DNA of 44,535 nucleotides from Gemmatimonadota bacterium (lineage in GTDB: Bacteria; Latescibacterota; UBA2968; UBA8231), in assembly GCA_038128265.1 (NCBI GenBank), contig JAYPJE010000001.1:68165-112699 (forward strand), in the 5' to 3' direction. How positions within the stretch are numbered: the stretch's first letter is position 1; each line of letters begins with the position of its first letter. The position numbers were made by a program, and so were the translations under genes. Of the stretch, positions 36,292 to 44,535 are shown piece after piece. The notes under the pieces were generated by a model. That model was given only the letters and a program-made list of their open reading frames with translations. It was not told where the DNA came from and searched no databases.

Positions 36292-36918
36292 ATGGCCGAC
36301 AAGCCGAAAGAAGTATTATTCAATCCACTGTTTAACGACAATCCGATTGCGCTGCAGATACTGGGTATCTGCTCGGCTTTGGCGGTGACTACAAAGTTGG
36401 AAACAGCCATAACGATGTCCTTAGCGGTCATCTTTGTTTTGACTATGTCGAGCACTGCTGTTAGCCTCATTCGCAATTTTATTCCCAACAATATCCGCAT
36501 TATTGTGCAGATGACGATCATCGCCTCGCTGGTAATTATCGTCGATCAGTTTCTGCGCGCCTACGCCTTCGACGTCAGCAAGCAGCTTTCGGTTTTTGTT
36601 GGGCTCATCATAACGAACTGCATCGTTATGGGACGTGCCGAGGCGTTTGCCATGAAAAACGGGCCTGGGCTCAGCTTTCTCGATGGGCTGGGCAATGCGC
36701 TGGGATATGGTCTTATACTCCTGGTCGTTGGCTTTTTTCGCGAGTTGTTCGGTTCGGGCAAGCTATACGGCATAGAGATGTTTGCGCTGGCCAACGAGGG
36801 AGGCTGGTACGTGCCCAATGGCATGATGCTGCTGCCGCCAAGTGCGTTTTTTCTCATCGGCTTTTTCATCTGGTTGCTGCGCGCAGTAAAGACCGAGCAG
36901 ATCGAAGAGGAGAACTAG
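36292..36918 (+). CDS. nqrD: Na+-NQR subunit D
   Basis: [26 protein letters not shown]. Confidence 0.97.
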   Translation: MADKPKEVLFNPLFNDNPIALQILGICSALAVTTKLETAITMSLAVIFVLTMSSTAVSLIRNFIPNNIRIIVQMTIIASLVIIVDQFLRAYAFDVSKQLSVFVGLIITNCIVMGRAEAFAMKNGPGLSFLDGLGNALGYGLILLVVGFFRELFGSGKLYGIEMFALANEGGWYVPNGMMLLPPSAFFLIGFFIWLLRAVKTEQIEEEN

Positions 36919-36921
36919 ACC

Positions 36922-37530
36922 GTGGAAGCGTATCTCAGCATCTTTATGAAGTCTGTCTTTGTCGAGAATATGGCGTTGGCCTTCTTCTTGGGCATGTGCA
37001 CTTTCCTGGCCGTCTCCAAGAATGTCAGCACGGCGTTTGGCCTTGGCGTTGCCGTGGTTGTGGTCCAGCTTATCACCGTTCCCGCAAATAACTTGGTCTT
37101 CCAACACCTGCTCAAAGAAGACGCCCTCGCCTGGGCGGGGCTAAGCGGCGTAGACCTGACGTTTATCGGCTTGATCAGCTACATCGGTATCATCGCTGCT
37201 ATGGTGCAGATTCTCGAAATGTTCCTCGACAAATACGTGCCGTCCCTTTACAACGCACTCGGTATCTTCCTGCCGCTGATTACCGTAAACTGCGCTATTC
37301 TCGGTAGTTCGCTCTTCATGGTTGAACGCGACTATAATTTCGCAGAAAGTGCTGTTTTTGGTTTGGGTTCCGGTATTGGTTGGGCATTGGCCATCGTCGC
37401 ACTCGCCGGCGTGCGTGAGAAGATGAAATACAGCGATGTGCCGCCGCCTCTGCGCGGTTTGGGCATTACGTTTATCACGGTCGGTCTGATGTCGCTGGCC
37501 TTTATGTCGTTTTCCGGCATCCAGCTTTAA
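36922..37530 (+). CDS. nqrE: Na+-NQR subunit E
   Basis: [27 protein letters not shown]. Confidence 0.97.
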   Translation: MEAYLSIFMKSVFVENMALAFFLGMCTFLAVSKNVSTAFGLGVAVVVVQLITVPANNLVFQHLLKEDALAWAGLSGVDLTFIGLISYIGIIAAMVQILEMFLDKYVPSLYNALGIFLPLITVNCAILGSSLFMVERDYNFAESAVFGLGSGIGWALAIVALAGVREKMKYSDVPPPLRGLGITFITVGLMSLAFMSFSGIQL

Positions 37531-37554
37531 TCCCGAGGAGAAGCGAGCGTTCAA

Positions 37555-38802
37555 ATGACAGAAATCGTATCCGGAGTAGGCATGTTCATCGCCATCGTTT
37601 TGGCGCTGGTGGCCCTCATTCTGGCTGCCCGTTCCAAGCTGGTGGCCAGCGGCAATGTGCGGATTCTCATCAACAATGACGAGAGCAAGGCCCTGTCGGT
37701 GCCGGCCGGCGGCAAATTGCTCAACGTGCTTGCCGACAATAAGATCTTTGTCTCTTCTGCCTGCGGCGGCGGTGGCACCTGTGCGCAGTGCAAGGTGCAT
37801 GTGCACGAGGGCGGTGGCGACATCCTACCGACGGAATTGACCCACATAACCAAGGGGCAAGCGCGTGACGGCATGCGCCTGTCATGCCAGGTCAACGTCA
37901 AGCAAGATATGAAGGTCGAGGTGCCCGCCGAATTCTTCTCGGTCAAGAAGTGGGAGTGCGAAGTCGTGTCGAACGACAACGTTGCCACGTTCATAAAAGA
38001 GTTTGTCGTCCGTTTGCCTGAAGGGGAAACGCTGGACTTTGAATCGGGCGCCTACATTCAGATTGAGGTGCCTCCCTACGAAGCGAATTACAGCGATTTC
38101 GAAGGTATTGAAGACCGCTTCAGGCCAGACTGGGATCGCTTTAAGGTCTGGGATTTCAAGGCCGTTAATACCGAAACCTCGATACGAGCCTATTCGATGG
38201 CCAACCATCCGGCCGAGGGTAATATCGTGATGCTCAACATACGTATTGCCACGCCGCCGCCGGACCGCTCGTCGCCGACGGGTTGGAAGCAGGTGCCGCC
38301 CGGAATCGCCTCGTCCTATGTGTTCAGCCGCAAGCCGGGCGATAAAGTGACGATCTCAGGGCCCTTTGGTGAGTTTTTTATTAACGATACGGAGCGTGAG
38401 ATGGTGTATATCGGCGGTGGTGCCGGCATGGCCCCGCTGCGCTCGCATATCTTCCACCTCTTCCACACGCTGAAGACGGGTCGCAAGGTTTCATACTGGT
38501 ATGGAGCGCGGAATCCCAACGAGGTCTTCTACGAAGATCACTTCCGCAAGATTGAAGAAGAGTTTCCCAATTTTACGTTCCATATCGCTATGTCTGATCC
38601 GCGTCCAGAAGACAATTGGACGGGCTACGTGGGCTTTATCCACCAGGTTGTTCACGACAACTATCTCAAGGACCATCCGGCGCCTGAAGATATCGAGTTC
38701 TACATGTGCGGGCCGCCTATGATGGCACAGGCGGTGTTCAAAATGCTCGACGACCTCGGCGTGGAAGAGGAAATGATCCGCTTCGACGACTTTGGTTCCT
38801 GA
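37555..38802 (+). CDS. nqrF: Na+-NQR subunit F
   Basis: [12 protein letters not shown] 2Fe-2S motif, RAYSMAN FAD motif, [19 protein letters not shown]. Confidence 0.97.
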   Translation: MTEIVSGVGMFIAIVLALVALILAARSKLVASGNVRILINNDESKALSVPAGGKLLNVLADNKIFVSSACGGGGTCAQCKVHVHEGGGDILPTELTHITKGQARDGMRLSCQVNVKQDMKVEVPAEFFSVKKWECEVVSNDNVATFIKEFVVRLPEGETLDFESGAYIQIEVPPYEANYSDFEGIEDRFRPDWDRFKVWDFKAVNTETSIRAYSMANHPAEGNIVMLNIRIATPPPDRSSPTGWKQVPPGIASSYVFSRKPGDKVTISGPFGEFFINDTEREMVYIGGGAGMAPLRSHIFHLFHTLKTGRKVSYWYGARNPNEVFYEDHFRKIEEEFPNFTFHIAMSDPRPEDNWTGYVGFIHQVVHDNYLKDHPAPEDIEFYMCGPPMMAQAVFKMLDDLGVEEEMIRFDDFGS

Positions 38803-38842
38803 GCTGCGCTAAGCGCGCCATTCTCTTTTCGGAGCGGGATCC

Positions 38843-39061
38843 ATGACTACGCTACTTGCCGCATTTATCGCCTTTGGACTGGTCATGCTGGCCATGGCCG
38901 TGGGGGTCATTTTCTCCGATCGCCGCATCAAGGGGTCGTGCGGTGGCCTGAGTTCAATGAGCGACCGCTACGGTCAGCCGATGTGCGAGTGCGGTGCCAA
39001 GCCCGGTTCGTGTGGGGGCGAAGAAAAAAAATCGCTGGATGCGGCATTTGCCGCGAATTAG
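38843..39061 (+). CDS. nqrM: Na+-NQR maturation protein NqrM (DUF539)
   Basis: TM helix followed by IKGSCGG and a Cys-rich tail; directly after nqrF. Confidence 0.85.
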   Translation: MTTLLAAFIAFGLVMLAMAVGVIFSDRRIKGSCGGLSSMSDRYGQPMCECGAKPGSCGGEEKKSLDAAFAAN

Positions 39062-39081
39062 TGCCTAGTTGAGTTGTGTGT

Positions 39082-39114
39082 GAGCGGTGGACCTAGGTCC
39101 ACCGCTCTTTTTTT
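39082..39114 (+). terminator. Rho-independent terminator of the nqr operon
   Basis: Perfect palindrome GAGCGGTGGACCTAGGTCCACCGCTC followed by T7. Confidence 0.9.
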
Positions 39115-39144
39115 GCACAGCAGTTTCTGCAATGGGGATGAACC

Positions 39145-39399
39145 ATGTCTTCGGACAAGCGCAACAAGCCCAAAGTGCTGTCCTCATACGCTGAATCTAG
39201 TCGCTACATGGGCCTAGGGATACACTTTGCCCTCTCGACGCTGCTTGGGGCGGCAGGCGGCTGGTGGTTGGACGGCCATTTTTCTACCTTGCCGCTCTTT
39301 GTGCTGATCGGTATGCTCTTGGGAGCGGGTGCGGGCTTCTACCACCTGTATGCCAAGTTGGTCGATATGGAAAAAAGAGATCGGGAGCCGAGAAAATGA
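39145..39399 (+). CDS. atpZ: AtpZ/AtpI-family F0 accessory protein
   Basis: Two TM helices with GWWLD...P motif at the head of the atp operon. Confidence 0.8.
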   Translation: MSSDKRNKPKVLSSYAESSRYMGLGIHFALSTLLGAAGGWWLDGHFSTLPLFVLIGMLLGAGAGFYHLYAKLVDMEKRDREPRK

Positions 39400-39722
39400 C
39401 CTTGACGTGGGATGGCATCGCACTGGGAGTGGCCGTGGGCGCTCTGACGGGATGTCTTGCGCTGCTGGCCCTGCGCTGGTCGGATGGGAAAGGCCACCAG
39501 GTATTTATGACGGCATTTATGGGTGGGATGCTCGTGCGCCTCCTGCTCATCGCAGCGGCTTCGGCCTATGTGCTGTCCTTTACGGATACGCATGCGGCGA
39601 GCTATATCGTTGCTATGTTGGGCACGTACCTGCTGTTTTTGGGGCTCGAGGTATACTATGCGCTGGCTAAAAATGCCCAGCGTAAGCAGTCCGGCGCTGA
39701 GGCCGCTACAAACGCCGATTAA
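39396..39722 (+). CDS. ATP synthase protein I-like membrane protein
   Basis: Hydrophobic helices, GMLVRLLL; ATGA overlap with atpZ; sits before atpB. Confidence 0.75.
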   Translation: MTLTWDGIALGVAVGALTGCLALLALRWSDGKGHQVFMTAFMGGMLVRLLLIAAASAYVLSFTDTHAASYIVAMLGTYLLFLGLEVYYALAKNAQRKQSGAEAATNAD

Positions 39723-39747
39723 ATTGTCTTTTGTAGACCAATTTTTA

Positions 39748-39776
39748 TTGACAGAAGGTGGGGGGCTATTTAGTTT
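39748..39776 (+). promoter_or_regulatory. Internal sigma70 promoter upstream of atpB
   Basis: TTGACA-N17-TAGTTT with an AT-rich upstream tract. Confidence 0.7.
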
Positions 39777-39843
39777 ATTCCTCCCGTAAATAAGTGGACC
39801 GATAAATTTCCCAACGCCTTTCAAAGCAGTCTGACGATACTCA

Positions 39844-40689
39844 ATGGCCGGAGACGCGCAGGCGGCTGATGCCGCAGCCCCGCAGGTAGATATAATCGGG
39901 CATATTCTCAATCAGAACTACTTGGAATTGCCCTTTGTAGATCCGCATCACCTTCTCGCCGGAAAAGTAGAACTTCCCCAGTTCCCTCCGATCAACGTGG
40001 GGGGCGTGGAAATAGACCTTTCGATCACGCGCCACGTCGTGATGATGTGGGTCGCCAGTGCGGTGCTGATAGGGCTGCTGCTTAGCGCTTTCCGCAAGGC
40101 CAGCGTAGTGCCTTCAGGCGTGGCAAACTTCTTTGAGTCGATTGCCGTTTTCCTGCGCGACGAGGTGGTCGACCCGATCATGGGTCATCACGGCAGGAAG
40201 TATCTGCCCTTCCTCCTGACCATCTTCTTCTTCATTCTATTCTGCAACTTGCTCGGCCTCGTGCCCTATAGTGCGACGGCCACTGGCAATATAAACGTGA
40301 CGGCCGGTTTGGCGATTTGCACGTTCTTTGTCATGCTCGGAGCAGGTATTGCAAACAACGGTTTTTTTGGCTACTTCAAGAGCCTGATTCCAACCGGGGT
40401 GCCGGGCTGGCTGCTGTTTATCCTCGTTCCCGTCGAATTGATCAGCCTCTTCGTCAAGCCCTTTGCCCTGTGCGTGCGTCTCTTCGCAAATATGACGGGT
40501 GGCCACGTTGCCATTCTGGTATTCCTCGGTCTGATCGTCATTCTGCAGAGCGAGTGGGTTGCGCTGGGATCCGTGCCTTTTGCGGCGGCTATTTACTTAC
40601 TCGAGGTGTTCGTCTCTTTCGTACAAGCATTTGTCTTCACCCTGCTATCGACGGTGTTTATCGGCATGGCCGCACACCCGGATCACTAG
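39844..40689 (+). CDS. atpB: ATP synthase F0 subunit a
   Basis: NLLGLVP, TATGNINVT, KPFALCVRLFANMTGGH, LEVFVSFVQAFVF. Confidence 0.96.
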   Translation: MAGDAQAADAAAPQVDIIGHILNQNYLELPFVDPHHLLAGKVELPQFPPINVGGVEIDLSITRHVVMMWVASAVLIGLLLSAFRKASVVPSGVANFFESIAVFLRDEVVDPIMGHHGRKYLPFLLTIFFFILFCNLLGLVPYSATATGNINVTAGLAICTFFVMLGAGIANNGFFGYFKSLIPTGVPGWLLFILVPVELISLFVKPFALCVRLFANMTGGHVAILVFLGLIVILQSEWVALGSVPFAAAIYLLEVFVSFVQAFVFTLLSTVFIGMAAHPDH

Positions 40690-40723
40690 CGGGGATTCTT
40701 TCATAAGAGAGGAGTGTTGTAAG

Positions 40724-40951
40724 ATGGAAATGCAGTGGGCTTATCTGGGCGCCGGTATCGGCGCAGGTCTGTGCACGATTGGTGCCGGTTTGGGCATTGG
40801 TCGTTTGGCCGGTTCGGCCATGGAAGGTATCTCCCGTCAGCCGGAAGCGGCTGGTGATATTCGCACGAACATGATTCTGACAGCTGCTCTCATCGAGGGT
40901 GTTGCCCTCATCGGTGAGGTTGTATCGCTGTTGGTCGTCCTCACCAAGTAG
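40724..40951 (+). CDS. atpE: ATP synthase F0 subunit c
   Basis: GAGLGIG, RQPE loop, ALIEG; GAGGAG RBS before ATG 40724. Confidence 0.96.
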   Translation: MEMQWAYLGAGIGAGLCTIGAGLGIGRLAGSAMEGISRQPEAAGDIRTNMILTAALIEGVALIGEVVSLLVVLTK

Positions 40952-40976
40952 TACCCAAAAGGATTAGCTTCAACTT

Positions 40977-41477
40977 ATGCTGCTAGATCCCCATTATGGG
41001 ACTATAATCTGGACGATCGTCACCTTTGTATTGGTTCTATTCGTCTTGAAAACGTTCGCTTGGCCCCAGCTTTTGGGCGCCTTAGACGAGCGTGAAGGCC
41101 GTATCCGCGAAGCGCTCGAAGGGGCCGAAAAGGCGCGTGAGGGTGCTGAGGCGGCGCTGGCTGAGCATCGGACAAAGCTGGCTGAAGCCGAGTCCGAAGC
41201 GCGTCAGATCGTTGCCCAATCGCGCGAGGCGGCTGAGAAAGTCCATCAGGACGTCGTTGCCAAAGCGCGCGAGGAAGCACAGGGCATGGTCGAGCAGGCG
41301 CGTCAGAGCATTGAGCGCGAGAAAAACGCGGCCATCTCTCAGCTGCGCCGCGAAATGGCCGATCTGGCCGTTCAGGCGGCCAGCGCGTTGGTGGATGCCA
41401 ATCTCGACGACGAAAAGAACCGCAAATTGGTCGATGATTTAATCGCCGGAATTCCCGAGAATGCTCAGCGCAACTAG
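40977..41477 (+). CDS. atpF: ATP synthase F0 subunit b
   Basis: N-terminal TM, FAWP, long coiled coil. Confidence 0.95.
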   Translation: MLLDPHYGTIIWTIVTFVLVLFVLKTFAWPQLLGALDEREGRIREALEGAEKAREGAEAALAEHRTKLAEAESEARQIVAQSREAAEKVHQDVVAKAREEAQGMVEQARQSIEREKNAAISQLRREMADLAVQAASALVDANLDDEKNRKLVDDLIAGIPENAQRN

Positions 41478-41516
41478 CGGCTGGGCGCAACACGTTACCA
41501 TACGAGCTGAACTCGA

Positions 41517-42056
41517 ATGAACGCTCCCGAAGTTGTGCGGCGCTACGCAGCTACGCTGCTGGAGGCCGCCGAAGAAACGGGCGTGTTGGATGCTGTGCGC
41601 AAAGACGTTCAGGGCGTGCTCGAGACGTTGGCTGGTTCGCAAGAGCTCGCCGATTTTCTCGCCAACCCCCTGCTCAGTGCTGAAGTGCAGGACCGGACGC
41701 TCGTCGCCCTCTTTGATGGCAAGGTCCAGCCTCTGACGCGCAATTTCTTGTCGCTGGTCGCACAGCGTCGCCGCGCTGGAATGCTCGCTGCCACTCTGTC
41801 TGCGTTTGCCGAAATGGTGGAAGAACGCGAGGGCGTGCTCAGCGCCGAGGTCGTTTCGGCCGTGCAGCTGAGCGAAGAGCAGCAGGGTCGCCTAGCCGAG
41901 CGCCTGGCGGCGTACACGGGCAAGCAAATACGCCTGCACGCGCGCGTCGATTCCGCCCTGCGCGGAGGACTTGTCGCGCGCGTGGGCGACACGGTATTCG
42001 ACGGCAGTCTCAATACGCATTTAGAGCGCCTGCGCCGGCGGTTGGTCGGCGCCTGA
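41517..42056 (+). CDS. atpH: ATP synthase F1 delta
   Basis: RRYAATL, VDSALRGG...GDTVFDGS. Confidence 0.95.
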   Translation: MNAPEVVRRYAATLLEAAEETGVLDAVRKDVQGVLETLAGSQELADFLANPLLSAEVQDRTLVALFDGKVQPLTRNFLSLVAQRRRAGMLAATLSAFAEMVEEREGVLSAEVVSAVQLSEEQQGRLAERLAAYTGKQIRLHARVDSALRGGLVARVGDTVFDGSLNTHLERLRRRLVGA

Positions 42057-42116
42057 GCGTTCGCCACAGTTATAGCAACAAGCAAGAACTAAAAAGAACG
42101 AGAAGGGGTAGATTCT

Positions 42117-43643
<1,527 letters not shown>

Positions 43644-43663
43644 GATAACGAAGGGAAAGAGAA

Positions 43664-44524
43664 GTGGCTACACTTCGCCAGCTCAGAACGCGCGTTGCCA
43701 GTATTTCCAACATTCAGCGCGTTACCAATGCGATGCAAATGGTCGCTGCCGCGAAAATGCGTCGGGCGCAAGATGCCATTGAGGCGGCGCGCCCCTACGC
43801 GCAGCAGCTGGATGCGGTATTGGGCAATTTGCAAAAGAGCATTGATCCCGAGGAAAATCCGCTTTTCCGCGAGCGTCCGGCCGAACGCGTTGCGCTGGTT
43901 GTAGTGACGGCGGATCGCGGCCTGTGCGGCGCGTTTAATGGCAGCATTTGTCGTCGAGTGCAGACCGAGCTAAGGGAATACGATGGCAAGACGGTTGAAC
44001 TGGTCACTGTTGGCCGCAAGGGATACAACTACTTCCGCAGTCGAGAAGCAGCGATAGAGACCAACTATGGCGAAGTTTTTCGCCAGCTGGAGTTTTCTCG
44101 GGCGGCCGAAATCGCGCAGGGACTTACGTCGCGCTTTCTGGCAGGGCAGGTAGATCGCGTATTGCTTGTATTTAGCGAATTCCGCTCCGTGGCCCAGCAG
44201 ATACCGGTCGTTCAGCAGCTGCTGCCGATTCTGCCCAAACAGGACGACGGAGAGCCGGAACGAGATATCGACTATATCTTCGAACCCTCTCCTGAGGCAT
44301 TATTAGATACGCTGGTGCCTCGGCACGTCAACTTTCAGGTTTGGCGCGCATTGCTAGAAGTGAACGCTGGATTCTTTGCTGCGCAGATGACTGCCATGGA
44401 CAATGCCACTAAGAATGCCGGCGAATTACTCGACGAATTGACGCGCGAAATGAATAAGGTGCGGCAGTCGTCCATCACGCTGGAATTGATGGATATCATA
44501 GGCGGCGCCGAAGCCGTGGCGTAA
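43664..44524 (+). CDS. atpG: ATP synthase F1 gamma
   Basis: TNAMQMVAAAK, DRGLCGAFN, AMDNATKNA, RQSSITLEL. Confidence 0.97.
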   Translation: MATLRQLRTRVASISNIQRVTNAMQMVAAAKMRRAQDAIEAARPYAQQLDAVLGNLQKSIDPEENPLFRERPAERVALVVVTADRGLCGAFNGSICRRVQTELREYDGKTVELVTVGRKGYNYFRSREAAIETNYGEVFRQLEFSRAAEIAQGLTSRFLAGQVDRVLLVFSEFRSVAQQIPVVQQLLPILPKQDDGEPERDIDYIFEPSPEALLDTLVPRHVNFQVWRALLEVNAGFFAAQMTAMDNATKNAGELLDELTREMNKVRQSSITLELMDIIGGAEAVA

Positions 44525-44535
44525 GCGGCGTTTTA

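Overview
GC-rich bacterial chromosomal window with no mobile elements, RNA genes or CRISPR arrays that I can detect. The ATP synthase operon style suggests an FCB-group lineage such as Latescibacterota or Gemmatimonadota, but this is inference only. From left to right it contains: (1) a minus-strand sigma54 signalling cascade of a pseudo-receiver/PAS histidine kinase, an NtrC-family activator, and a complete -24/-12 + IHF + repeat promoter driving another receiver protein truncated by the window edge; (2) catabolic genes: SolA-like oxidase, two SDRs, an enolase-superfamily dehydratase and a beta-decarboxylating dehydrogenase; (3) a tightly coupled run of a Tat-exported DmpA/BapA peptidase, an apparently inactive paralog, mutY and a DUF368 gene; (4) a TPR-lytic transglycosylase with two small ORFs, one behind a second sigma54 promoter; (5) aceE-aceF-lpdA; (6) DUF4159 and DUF4015 envelope proteins; (7) an RND/MFP pair; (8) panB coupled to an alanine/glycine:cation symporter; (9) nqrABCDEF-nqrM; (10) atpZ-I-B-E-F-H-A-G. 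The best novelty candidates are the active/dead DmpA pair with a single Tat signal, MutY with a near-intact Nudix box and a C-terminal clamp-binding-like motif, the orphan sigma54-driven small protein, and a DUF4159 protein with a TonB-like SxxxH anchor.
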